Shown here in pieces: positions 1 to 7,874 of a DNA stretch of 64,000 nt. The notes beneath the pieces are model-generated. The model had not been told where the DNA came from. It made no database searches and saw only the letters and a program-made list of their open reading frames with translations. The translations under genes were made by a program, and so were the position numbers. Numbering within the stretch: position 1 is the first letter of the stretch; each line of letters begins with the position of its first letter. The DNA lies in assembly GCA_016183365.1 (NCBI GenBank), contig JACPES010000002.1, forward strand, positions 12,779 to 76,778, given 5' to 3'. Source of the stretch: Candidatus Collierbacteria bacterium. GTDB lineage: Bacteria > Patescibacteriota > Microgenomatia > UBA1400 > JACPES01.

Positions 1-266
1 CTACCCGCGATGGTTGGCTGGATGAAATCGAGATTAATAATGTTGGTTGGGAGTTGAACGACGCTGATCCCGGAGCTGATTTTTTAGGAGTATTGGACAG
101 AGAAATAAGGCCGCAATATTACGCGGTTAATAATTCCGATCCGGCTGATAAATGGTTGCAAAAAATGCGGCAGGGGAGAGAAATTATTGCCTATAGATAT
201 TCTACGTCCAGGATGTTGAAGGAATATGTGGAGAAACTGTACGCCCCGATAATTTCTATGGGCTGA
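1..266 (+). CDS. 3' fragment of an alpha-glucan (glycogen/maltodextrin) phosphorylase family gene; the ORF starts before the window
   Basis: C-terminal motif ...EIIAYRYSTSRMLKEYVEKLY resembles the conserved C-terminus of GT35 glucan phosphorylases. The frame is open from position 1. Confidence 0.45.
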   Translation, partial: TRDGWLDEIEINNVGWELNDADPGADFLGVLDREIRPQYYAVNNSDPADKWLQKMRQGREIIAYRYSTSRMLKEYVEKLYAPIISMG

Positions 267-320
267 TTATGTCATGATACATACAAAGTATTCTTTAAGC
301 AGTATGACTATATCTATGTA

Positions 321-533
321 CTATGAAGGAGTGCTGGGGTTGATGCCAAGAAGCCACAGAACTGATTCTTTTCGATAGCGGCGATCGCCGCGGGAATTGA
401 TCCTGATAGCCGGAAGTTTGCCTCTTTTTCCCCACCGTTTGATAGTTAAAGTTGAGACTCTTAACAGTTGAGCTACTTCTTTAACTGTTAGCAGATCAGG
501 CAAATTTTTAAGGTCTAAATTCTTGTCAGCCAT
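321..533 (-). CDS. excisionase-family helix-turn-helix DNA-binding protein
   Basis: 70 aa; LTVKEVAQLLRVSTLTIKRWGKRGKLPAIRI is a typical HTH_17/excisionase-type HTH. It lies next to an IS200-like transposase. Confidence 0.55.
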   Translation of the reverse strand: MADKNLDLKNLPDLLTVKEVAQLLRVSTLTIKRWGKRGKLPAIRINSRGDRRYRKESVLWLLGINPSTPS

Positions 534-632
534 CAGATATAATATAGCTTACTGATAGTCAAGCTGTCAAGCAGCAAACAAGTATATCAATGAGTTCAAT
601 AAGGAGACTCCTTTTTGGAATAGTTTGATAGC

Positions 633-1355
633 TTAAGTATCTTCGTTGTCGATCGCCAGCGGCGCGGAAATTAAAGTTGTTTCTAGTTCAAAATCGTTGT
701 CTCTCAACTCGACAAAACTCTGATAAGATGAAAATCCGGATTGAGAAAAATTTGACAGGATAATTTCCGTTTTAACCCAATCCTGTTTAATCTTTCCCAA
801 ATAGACAAGGTAAGAAGATGGCTGTGAAGTTATTTGATCATATAAGGATTCTCCCTTAAGGATACTCCCTGAAACCGGGTTTAAATGAATATATCTTGAT
901 ACATGCAATAATTGGGCATCTGATTCAATTAACACCGCCTTATATGATGACTGAAACAAAGTTCCCACGCGTCCATGCCGTTTATTGAAATACATGGTGT
1001 ACCTAGTCATCAACGATCTCATCATTAATTCCATTCCTTGGATATCTTTCTGTTTAATAAGAAAATGAAAATGGTTCGACATCAGACAATAGGCGATTAG
1101 GAAAACCCGGTCAGAGAAATTATTCAGTCTCAACTTCTTTTTGGCTATTTCTTTGTCTTTAGCCGATGAGGAAATGTCAGCCACTATTTTCAAAAGTTTT
1201 TCATGATCGCAAGGCAATAAATATTCTTTAAGATAGGTCAAAAAGACAGAGTAATCCTGTTTATCTTTAAAGATTTTTCTTTTATTCACTCCACGGTTAT
1301 ACACATGATAGTAACAATCCTCGCCGTAGATCTTAAGCGAATTTTTTCCCGGCAT
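633..1355 (-). CDS. IS200-like Y1 tyrosine transposase (REP-associated, RAYT-like)
   Basis: YHVYNRGVNKRKIF ... NHFHFLI ... GTLFQSSYKAVLIESDAQLLHVSRYIHLNPV are hallmark HuH/Y1 motifs. Paralog of the ORF at 4862-5560. Confidence 0.8.
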   Translation of the reverse strand: MPGKNSLKIYGEDCYYHVYNRGVNKRKIFKDKQDYSVFLTYLKEYLLPCDHEKLLKIVADISSSAKDKEIAKKKLRLNNFSDRVFLIAYCLMSNHFHFLIKQKDIQGMELMMRSLMTRYTMYFNKRHGRVGTLFQSSYKAVLIESDAQLLHVSRYIHLNPVSGSILKGESLYDQITSQPSSYLVYLGKIKQDWVKTEIILSNFSQSGFSSYQSFVELRDNDFELETTLISAPLAIDNEDT

Positions 1356-1374
1356 ATTATCACACTATCACAAA

Positions 1375-1432
1375 AAGGAGTCTCCTTCAAGGATCTAAGG
1401 AGTCTCCTTCAAGGATCCTTCAAGGATCTTCC
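1375..1432. repeat. short tandem/palindromic element (ggagtctccttcaaggatc units) between the transposase and rplL
   Basis: aggagtctccttcaaggatctaaggagtctccttcaaggatccttcaaggatcttcc; related copies at 26452-26480 and 39749-39786, and a half copy at 601-616. Confidence 0.6.
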
Positions 1433-1437
1433 GTCAC

Positions 1438-1469
1438 GGTTTTTTTGTTTTAAAATAAAACTTGAAGTT
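1438..1469 (-). terminator. putative rho-independent terminator downstream of rplL
   Basis: Palindrome aaaacttgaagtttt followed by a T-run on the minus-strand reading, immediately 3' of rplL. Confidence 0.4.
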
Positions 1470-1844
1470 TTATTTCAATTCCACAGTAGCTCCTGCAGCT
1501 TCGAGCTTTTTCTTAGCTTCTTCAGCTACGTCCTTTTTAACATTCTCGAGTAACACCGCGTTGCCTTTTTCAGTCAAGTCTTTGGCTTCTTTTAAGCCCA
1601 AATCCGGTTTGATTTCCCGGACTGCCTTAATAACGCCGATTTTGTTGGCTCCCGCAGCCTTCAGAATGACCGTGAATTCGGTCTTCTCTTCAACGGGTGC
1701 AGCGGCAGCCGCCGGAGCAGCAACCATAGCCATAGGAGCGGCGGAAACGCCGAATTTTTCCTCTAAAGCCTTAACCAATTCTGAAACTTCCAGGACTGTT
1801 AATTTTTCAATTTCGTCAACGATTTTTTGCAATTTTTCTGTCAT
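1470..1844 (-). CDS. rplL: 50S ribosomal protein L7/L12
   Basis: 124 aa; [33 protein letters not shown], an Ala/Pro hinge, and a C-terminal ...[40 protein letters not shown]. Confidence 0.9.
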   Translation of the reverse strand: MTEKLQKIVDEIEKLTVLEVSELVKALEEKFGVSAAPMAMVAAPAAAAAPVEEKTEFTVILKAAGANKIGVIKAVREIKPDLGLKEAKDLTEKGNAVLLENVKKDVAEEAKKKLEAAGATVELK

Positions 1845-1858
1845 CTAAAATCACCCCC

Positions 1859-2440
1859 TTAATTTTTATTTTTTCCAATCACATCCAACGCGTACACTAA
1901 TTTTTGAATATTTCCATTCAGCGTCCTGACCAGTTCATAAGCCGGCCCCTGCATCTGTTGCATAAGTTTTATCAAAAGATCTGTTTTACTCGGAAGTTTG
2001 GCCAATTCCATTACCTGTTCAACCGATAGGGGAGAATTGCCCAATAGTCCGCCTTTAATTACCGGTTTTTCATTGATTTTGGAAAATTCAGCCAAAACTT
2101 TAATCGGCAGAACTTCATCCTGATAGGCGAATAAAACGGCTGTCGGTCCCTGAAGAAATTCTGAATTCTGAATACTGAATACTGAATGTATTGTTGACTG
2201 TTTTTCTGATTCATCATTCGGAATTCGGTATTCAGTATTCGGTATTTTCTCTCCGAACGCCAGCGAGAGCAACGTATTCTTGGCGATTACCAATTCGCCC
2301 CCGGTCGAGATTACCCTTTCCCTCAATTGGGATTGGCCCAAAGCGTTTAATCCGGAATTGTCGGTAAACACGACGGATTTAGCTTTCGCGACCCGATCCT
2401 TTAAATCGGCTAATTGTTGAATATTGCGTTTAGATGGCAT
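1859..2440 (-). CDS. rplJ: 50S ribosomal protein L10, carrying an in-frame palindromic insertion
   Basis: The N-terminal KRNIQQLADLKDRVAKAKSVVFTDNSGLN is L10-like and the gene sits immediately upstream of rplL. The insertion spans 2155-2248. Confidence 0.8.
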   Translation of the reverse strand: MPSKRNIQQLADLKDRVAKAKSVVFTDNSGLNALGQSQLRERVISTGGELVIAKNTLLSLAFGEKIPNTEYRIPNDESEKQSTIHSVFSIQNSEFLQGPTAVLFAYQDEVLPIKVLAEFSKINEKPVIKGGLLGNSPLSVEQVMELAKLPSKTDLLIKLMQQMQGPAYELVRTLNGNIQKLVYALDVIGKNKN

Positions 2441-2697
2441 ACGATAAATAAATGGTTACAATGGTCAAAAAATTATAACCATTTTAGCCATTAGCGAGTG
2501 CTTTCGACGAGCGACAACCATTCAGCCATTTATTTTATTGCTTTTGTATTCCTACCGTCAGTCTTACCCAAGAGGTAGCGCTCACGGTCTTTGGAACTTA
2601 AAGAAAGTATATCACACTTTGATTTCTACTTTCACCCCCGGTTCCCCGCCAAAAACTCGTTTAACTCGCATTTAGGCGGGTAGGCATAGTGGCGCAG
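2441..2697 (-). promoter_or_regulatory. rplJ leader region, a possible L10 autoregulatory leader
   Basis: A 257-nt untranslated spacer between rplA and rplJ that contains hairpins. This position corresponds to the L10 leader in bacteria. Confidence 0.3.
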
Positions 2698-3030
2698 TTA
2701 TTTAATGTCTTCAATGTTTACTTTAATTCCGGGTCCCATAGTGGCACAAACAACCGTTTTGGTGATTTTAACCGAGGCGCCAACGGCGGTGAGAATTTCC
2801 GTCAGTTTCTCCGACAGAATTTCCGGTTTTTCCGATTGTTTGCCTAACACGGCATGCAAAAGCGGGGTTTTGCGTTCGGATTGAAATTTTCCGAATTTAC
2901 CGGGTTTATTTAATACCAAATGCAGCTCAATCTTGCCGTCGAATTTATTTGTGGCGGTTTGTTGAGCCAGCGTAATGGCTTCGAGAGGAGGATAGAGTTT
3001 GGCGCGGTCAACAGTAATTTGTTGGTTCAT
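2698..3030 (-). CDS. rplA: 50S ribosomal protein L1, minimal form that appears to lack domain II
   Basis: 110 aa. The N-terminus (DRAKLYPPLEAITLAQQTATNKFDGKIELHLVLN) matches the L1 N-terminus. The C-terminus (PLLHAVLGK...LTEILTAV...KTVVCATMGPGIKV) matches the L1 C-terminus. The roughly 100 aa middle domain is absent. Confidence 0.6.
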   Translation of the reverse strand: MNQQITVDRAKLYPPLEAITLAQQTATNKFDGKIELHLVLNKPGKFGKFQSERKTPLLHAVLGKQSEKPEILSEKLTEILTAVGASVKITKTVVCATMGPGIKVNIEDIK

Positions 3031-3039
3031 TATAAGATT

Positions 3040-3200
3040 AATCCGGTTATCAGTTTTCGGTTGTCAGTTATCGGTTCTAAGTTTGTCTTGCGAAGCAAGA
3101 TCCTGCTTTGCAGGACCGGTTTTCGGTTTGCCGGCCTTGAAACCGATAAACTGAAAACCGATTAACCTGAAACTGAAAACCAAAAAACAGAAAACTGATA
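3040..3200. repeat. palindromic element in the rplK-rplA spacer
   Basis: atcagttttcggttgtcagttatcggtt ... aaccgataaactgaaaaccgattaacctgaaactgaaaacc are inverted arms around cttgcgaagcaagatcctgctttgcagg. Confidence 0.5.
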
Positions 3201-3204
3201 ACAG

Positions 3205-3627
3205 TTATACTATCTTCACCCCCATACTTCTTGCCGTCCCCATTACCGTCTTCATTGCGGAATCCAAGTTTTTAGTATTCATATCCTGCATCTTAAGCTT
3301 GGTGATTTCTTCCAGTTGAGATTTAGTCAGAGTTCCGACGGTTTCTTTGCCAGCGATTTTAGCTCCGATTTTTATTTTTAAAGCCTGTTTGATCATTTCG
3401 GAAACCGGCGGCAGTTTGGTGACGAAATCAAACGACCGGTCTTCATAGATCGTGATTACCGCCGGAATAATCTGGCCTTTTTTATCTTTGGTTTTTTCAT
3501 TATATGTCTGACAGAATTGCATGATGTTGACTCCGTGCTGGCCCAAAGAGGGGCCGACCGGGGGAGCGGGATTGGCCGCGCCGGCGGGGAGATTTAGTTT
3601 TAGGATTACTTTTATTTTCTTAGCCAT
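3205..3627 (-). CDS. rplK: 50S ribosomal protein L11
   Basis: MAKKIKVILKLNLPAGAANPAPPVGPSLGQHGVNIMQFCQTYN is the canonical L11 N-terminus. Confidence 0.9.
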   Translation of the reverse strand: MAKKIKVILKLNLPAGAANPAPPVGPSLGQHGVNIMQFCQTYNEKTKDKKGQIIPAVITIYEDRSFDFVTKLPPVSEMIKQALKIKIGAKIAGKETVGTLTKSQLEEITKLKMQDMNTKNLDSAMKTVMGTARSMGVKIV

Positions 3628-3631
3628 AGTT

Positions 3632-3778
3632 AGAAATTTTCAATTTTCAATTCTCAATTTTCAATGAATTTTCAATTTCACAATTTACAATTACGTTTGA
3701 AAATTTAGTCATTTATTCAATGTAAATTGATTGAAAATTTAAAATTGTAAATTGTAAATTCTAGATCTTCGCTCGATT
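3632..3778. repeat. AT-rich palindromic repeat, family B (caatttacaat / attgtaaattgtaaatt arms)
   Basis: Shares ttttcaattctcaatttacaat ... ttgaaaatt ... aaattgtaaattgtaaatt with 30655-30812. Confidence 0.6.
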
Positions 3779-3780
3779 TC

Positions 3781-4413
3781 TCATATCTTCGCTACTTGTA
3801 GGAAATCAAGCTCGACCGGTGTTTCCCGGCCAAAAATCGAAACCAAGATTTTGACTTTACCCTTGGTTTCGTCGATGTCGGAAATACTCCCCAAAAATTC
3901 GGCAAACGGACCTTCGATGACTTTAACCGCTTCACCGACGGTAAAGCTGGCCTTAAAGCTCGGGGCGGCTTGGGCGGAATATTTTTTAATCGTGTCAACT
4001 TCGGTTTGGGGGATCGGAGTCGGATTCTTGCCAATGCCGACAAAGCCGGTGATACCCCGGGTATTTCTGACCGCCGCCCAGGATTCGTCGTCCATAATCA
4101 TCCGGATTAAAAGATATCCGGGGAATAATTTTTCCTTGTACTGGATTTTTTTGCCGCGGAAGATTTTAATTTTATCCTGGACCGGAACCATGACTTCGTG
4201 AACTTTGGTTTCTAATTTCAGGCCGTTAATCCTGATTCCCAGCTGTTGGGCGACTTTTTCTTCGTGGCCGGAATAGGTGTGGGCGACGTACCATTTAGCC
4301 GATGGATCGCGCTCCTCCAGAATAACCACGTGGTACAAGGCGTCCTCGGCCTTTTTGGCCTCGGTTTTAATTTGATCTTCGGCGGATGGTTGGGTAATCG
4401 ATTGATCGGACAT
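3781..4413 (-). CDS. nusG: transcription termination/antitermination factor NusG
   Basis: NGN domain (YVAHTYSGHEEKV) and C-terminal KOW (GEAVKVIEGPFAEFLGSISDIDETKGKVKILVSIFGRETPVELDF). The ORF extends to 4494, but that extension lies inside a MITE copy, so the start at Met 4413 is preferred. Confidence 0.8.
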   Translation of the reverse strand: MSDQSITQPSAEDQIKTEAKKAEDALYHVVILEERDPSAKWYVAHTYSGHEEKVAQQLGIRINGLKLETKVHEVMVPVQDKIKIFRGKKIQYKEKLFPGYLLIRMIMDDESWAAVRNTRGITGFVGIGKNPTPIPQTEVDTIKKYSAQAAPSFKASFTVGEAVKVIEGPFAEFLGSISDIDETKGKVKILVSIFGRETPVELDFLQVAKI

Positions 4414-4420
4414 ACTTAAA

Positions 4421-4565
4421 TTAGATTTTTTGAAGATAGATTTTTTTGAAATTTTAGATCTTGATATATTTGATTTCTTGAATTCTTGATTCAAGATATC
4501 AAGTTATCAATAATTCAAAATCAAAGATTTCCACCTTCCATCTTCAAGATATCGATTTTTATTGA
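4421..4565. mobile_element. MITE-like palindromic repeat, family A, copy 1 (cttgaagat ... atcttcaagat termini)
   Basis: Terminal inverted repeats and an internal ttgatttcttgaattcttgattcaagatatcaag. Four more copies at 6703-6852, 12329-12472, 30468-30622 and 36915-37050. Confidence 0.7.
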
Positions 4566-4570
4566 ACCTC

Positions 4571-4756
4571 TTATTTTACCAGAAAAGTCAGCAAATAGGT
4601 AAACAACCAGTCCAAGGCGCCGATATAAATGCCGACAATGGCGGATGCGGCCACCACAATTACCGTTAACCTGACGGTTTTTTCCCGGCTGGGCCAGTCG
4701 ACTTTTTTCAATTCCTCCCGGACTTCGCCAATAAATTTAAGCGGTGTCATATCCAA
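4571..4756 (-). CDS. secE: preprotein translocase subunit SecE
   Basis: 61 aa with a single C-terminal TM helix (VRLTVIVVAASAIVGIYIGALDW), immediately upstream of nusG. Confidence 0.75.
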   Translation of the reverse strand: MDMTPLKFIGEVREELKKVDWPSREKTVRLTVIVVAASAIVGIYIGALDWLFTYLLTFLVK

Positions 4757-4810
4757 CGAAAAGTATAGCAGAAATCTGTTTACTGTTGTTGATTATTTCT
4801 TAATTGATAT

Positions 4811-4858
4811 ATCAATCAATTGAAGGTCTGACCTTCAATGTAGCCATATATCAATCAC
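4811..4858. repeat. REP-like palindromic element (attgaaggtctgaccttcaat + gtagccatatatcaatca)
   Basis: Perfect palindrome ttgaaggtctgaccttcaa. Copies at 5633-5690, 11104-11146 and, in frame inside mrdA, at 34126-34164. Two copies flank the transposase gene at 4862-5560. Confidence 0.75.
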
Positions 4859-4861
4859 TAT

Positions 4862-5560
4862 TTATTCAAGCCGGAGTTTTTTGGTCAATAGTTCGCTTCT
4901 CGGCAGGCAGATCCCAAGCTTGGTATACTCCCAAAATTCATTTTTGTTATTCAGAAGCGACATGACTGGTTCGGTATTTATCCATGGTTCGGGATGGTTT
5001 AAATATGATGACAGGCTACTCCACTGATATTTAGGCAAGTTTTGTTCATTCCATCTAGAAAATTCGCCATTGGCGGGGTTTACGTGAACATAGCGAACGG
5101 CTTGAAGTAATTGTTCATCATGAATAATGGCAACGGATTTGTATTTAGATTCAAATAGTCGTCCTTTGCGTTTTTCGACTTTATTGAAGTACATGGTAAA
5201 GGCTGTTCCCAGTCTTTGCATAAATTTAGCTATGGCAGTTTTCTTATCTTCAGATTCTCCCAAAACTAAATGGAAATGATTATTCATCAATATTAAGGCT
5301 ACAATATCCAAAATCGGAGGCCCGAATTCTTCCTCGGCTTTGCCAATCTTTTCCGGCGTAATTTTATCTCGTTTTAGCCAATCATCAAGTACCGCGATAG
5401 AAGGGGATTTTAACAATCTGGACAGTCTCAAAGTGGTAATAAACCGCCGGCGGTGGTTATCGTTCAGGAAAATCACTCGTTTATCAACTCCGCGATTATA
5501 AACATGAGAAAAGAACCTAACCGGAGTCATCGGAGTCATAATCAATATAACAATATCCAA
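4862..5560 (-). CDS. IS200-like Y1 tyrosine transposase (RAYT-like) flanked by REP copies
   Basis: HVYNRGVDKRVIF ... NNHFHLVL ... GRLFESKYKSVAIIHDEQLLQAVRYVHVNP. Paralog of 633-1355. Confidence 0.8.
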   Translation of the reverse strand: MDIVILIMTPMTPVRFFSHVYNRGVDKRVIFLNDNHRRRFITTLRLSRLLKSPSIAVLDDWLKRDKITPEKIGKAEEEFGPPILDIVALILMNNHFHLVLGESEDKKTAIAKFMQRLGTAFTMYFNKVEKRKGRLFESKYKSVAIIHDEQLLQAVRYVHVNPANGEFSRWNEQNLPKYQWSSLSSYLNHPEPWINTEPVMSLLNNKNEFWEYTKLGICLPRSELLTKKLRLE

Positions 5561-5632
5561 AATATAAACTTTTTACAACCCCATCGAGATATCCATTGTT
5601 GCGACCGTCCCCGCTACTAAAAAGGGTCTATA

Positions 5633-5690
5633 TATCAATTAATTGAAGGTCTGACCTTCAATGTAGCCATGTATCAATGATTATTATTTA
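5633..5690. repeat. REP-like palindromic element, second copy flanking the RAYT gene
   Basis: atcaattaattgaaggtctgaccttcaatgtagccatgtatcaatga. Confidence 0.75.
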
Positions 5691-5749
5691 GATTTAAATT
5701 TAGCCTTGAGCGAGGACTATTAGAGGGTGGCGTATTATTTTTTTACCGC

Positions 5750-6700
5750 TTGCTTGACAATCAGTTGACAGCCAGACTATCATATCCTTTACAAATGCCA
5801 AAACGGTACATCCAAAAAATTCGCAAGGCGGTCATACCGGCGGCCGGCTTTGGGACCCGGTTTCTACCCCAGACCAAGGCCATGCCCAAAGAGATGCTCC
5901 CGATCGTCGACAAGCCGGTAATTCAATACATCGTCGAGGAATTAGTTGACGCCGGCATTCGCGACATCATCATGGTTACCGGCTATCACAAGCGTTCGAT
6001 TGAAGATCATTTTGACACTCCTTCGACTGAATTAGTCAATCTTTTAAAACAAGGCGGGGAAAAGAAGCGGCCGCTTTTAGAGGAAGTGGAGCGGATTTCC
6101 AACCTGGCAAATTTTGTGTTCGTTAGGCAAAAAGGTCCCTATGGCAACGGGACTCCGCTTTTGAATGTTAGGCATTTAATCGGCAAAGAACCGTTCATTT
6201 ATATGTGGAGCGATGACTTTATCGCAGCTTCTCCATCCCGAACTAAACAGCTTTTGAAAGTCTATAAACAATACGGTTGTTCCGTTCTGTCGTCTATCAG
6301 GGCCGAAAAAGACGAAGATTACGATCGCTACGGTTTCGGCGGCGGCAAGTGGCTTCAGGAGGGAGTAATGGACCTGGCTTCTATCATTGAAAAACCGGGC
6401 AAAAAAAATGCCCCCTCGGACTTAGCTAACGTTTCCGGCTTTGTTTTCACTCCTGACATTTTCAATTACCTTGATGAAGTTATGGAAAATCTTGAAGCCG
6501 GACAGGAATTTTATTACAACGATGCCCTCAAACTGATGCTCAAAGACGGCAAAAGAATCCTGGCCGTCGAAATCAAAGGCGGAAAATACTACGATACCGG
6601 CAATAAATTGGAATATATGAAGACGGTGGTGGAGTTTGGATTGAAACACAAGGATATTAATGGACAATTTAAGGAATACCTCAAATCTTTAGCACTATAG
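5750..6700 (+). CDS. galU: UTP--glucose-1-phosphate uridylyltransferase
   Basis: KAVIPAAGFGTRFLPQTKAMPKEMLPIVDKPVIQYIVEE is the GalU signature. An alternative start is at 5795. Confidence 0.85.
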   Translation: MLDNQLTARLSYPLQMPKRYIQKIRKAVIPAAGFGTRFLPQTKAMPKEMLPIVDKPVIQYIVEELVDAGIRDIIMVTGYHKRSIEDHFDTPSTELVNLLKQGGEKKRPLLEEVERISNLANFVFVRQKGPYGNGTPLLNVRHLIGKEPFIYMWSDDFIAASPSRTKQLLKVYKQYGCSVLSSIRAEKDEDYDRYGFGGGKWLQEGVMDLASIIEKPGKKNAPSDLANVSGFVFTPDIFNYLDEVMENLEAGQEFYYNDALKLMLKDGKRILAVEIKGGKYYDTGNKLEYMKTVVEFGLKHKDINGQFKEYLKSLAL

Positions 6701-6702
6701 AA

Positions 6703-6852
6703 TTTATATTAGATATTTTGAGGATAGAAGATAAAAACTCTTGATTTTGAAATCTTGATTTCTTGATAACTTGATCAAATATTCAAAACATCCAGCATAT
6801 CAAGATCAAGAATCTCAAGAATATCTACTTTCAAGACATCTATATTTCTCCC
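6703..6852. mobile_element. MITE-like repeat, family A, copy 2
   Basis: ttgaggatagaag ... cttgatttcttgataacttgatcaaatattcaa ... atctactttcaagacatctat. Confidence 0.65.
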
Positions 6853-6877
6853 TCTTGACACTCGTGTATAATAAAAC

Positions 6878-7150
6878 CCAGCCCTACCAAAAGCGGTCTG
6901 GCAGGAAAGTTTTTTCCTACACAACTCTTTTGTCAAGGGTCCCGACCAAAAATCGGGATTCTCGACCCCGACCTAAAGTCGAGGGTCGGAAAGTCCAAGT
7001 GTTCGATACCCGTGGGTATCGGGCCAGGACACCCACCTATCAACAGCGGGGAAGAGTTTTCTGCATCAAGCGCTTTACTGGTAGGGTTTTTGTTGCTTCA
7101 GGAAGTTTAGATTATAATAGTTTCAACCGTTTCGTTCATCAGAAAAAATT
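6878..7150 (+). ncRNA. possible structured noncoding RNA or long leader upstream of tRNA-Thr; identity unknown
   Basis: An extended -10 (tgtataat at 6865-6872) is followed by about 270 nt that lack a convincing ORF and are rich in GC hairpins (cccgacc...ggtcgg; a GGAAAGTCC motif). Confidence 0.2.
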
Positions 7151-7151
7151 T

Positions 7152-7222
7152 GCCCTTCTAGCTCAACGGCAGAGCAACTGTTTTGTAAACAGTAGATCGG
7201 AGTCCGACTCTCCGGGAGGGCT
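7152..7222 (+). tRNA. tRNA-Thr (anticodon TGT)
   Basis: Hand fold: acceptor GCCCTTC/GGAGGGC; D arm GCTC-AACGGCA-GAGC; anticodon stem ACTGT/ACAGT with loop TTTGTAA; T arm CGGAG-TCCGACT-CTCCG. Confidence 0.75.
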
Positions 7223-7416
7223 CAATAAATATCGATATTTTAAAATATCGACACCGAGACAGTTAAAGGATCAAGAGATGTCAATACTTTTAAGTGATAG
7301 CATCGAAGTATTGATGTTTGAATTCTTAAGTTGAGAAAAGTCCGGGCTGGGATTTTTCTTAATCCTCAAGTTAAAAAAGCTTGATATACTATCAATGGGT
7401 TTTACTTGAAGTTTTT

Positions 7417-7501
7417 GCTGGGGTGGCGGAGCGGACAATCGCACCAGACTGTAAATCTGGCGCCTCACGGCTACCCAGGTTCGAATCCTGGCCCCAGCAC
7501 C
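7417..7501 (+). tRNA. tRNA-Tyr (anticodon GTA), type II with a long variable arm
   Basis: Acceptor GCTGGGG/CCCCAGC; anticodon stem CCAGA/TCTGG with loop CTGTAAA; T arm CCAGG-TTCGAAT-CCTGG; long variable arm. Confidence 0.85.
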
Positions 7502-7823
7502 TAAGAACTAATTTTTCTAACACTAGAGCTCTGGCCGCGGTCAGGGCCAGCGTTTCGATTTCCTCGGCGTCGGCGAAAGATGTCGGAATATGAGTGCGGT
7601 CAAAGATGATGTCTTTTTTATGGCCGGATGCGGGATGGAAAGTTCTGTTGACATGAAGGGTGTTTGGCCCTAAGGCCTCCATTGTAATTTGTCCGGCTCC
7701 AAACCCGAATTCTATGCCGTCATGACCGCCGCCATCGGCGATCCGTTTGGCAACGGCGAATAAATCAGCGTAGGCTTTTTCGATATCCGGTCCGGTTGAC
7801 GCCATTTGACCGATAGTATACAC
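7502..7823 (-). pseudogene. truncated ORF of unknown function running into tRNA-Tyr on the opposite strand
   Basis: The predicted ORF 7392-7823 has a C-terminal third that is simply the reverse complement of tRNA-Tyr. The N-terminal 100 aa (GGGHDGIEFGFGAGQITMEALGP) may be a gene remnant. Confidence 0.25.
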
Positions 7824-7874
7824 CTGCTGGTTCGGGCTTGTCGGATTAATCAGAGAATGGTATCATTTCGCCAA

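Noticed and set aside
1305-1848. ORFs 1305-1553(+) and 1462-1848(+) in the ORF track
   Set aside because: They lie antisense to, or overlap, rplL and the repeat at 1375-1432. Their proteins are low-complexity Ser/Phe-rich mirror translations of the L7/L12 gene.
3792-4201. ORFs 3792-4043(-) and 3851-4201(+) inside nusG
   Set aside because: These are alternative-frame and antisense ORFs within a well-supported nusG gene.
4413-4494. N-terminal 27-codon extension of the nusG ORF (MNQEFKKSNISRSKISKKSIFKKSNLS)
   Set aside because: It lies inside MITE family A copy 1 and is low-complexity. The start at Met 4413 is preferred.
6771-7334. 187-aa ORF 6771-7334(+)
   Set aside because: It reads straight through tRNA-Thr(TGT) and a MITE copy, and its protein is low-complexity.
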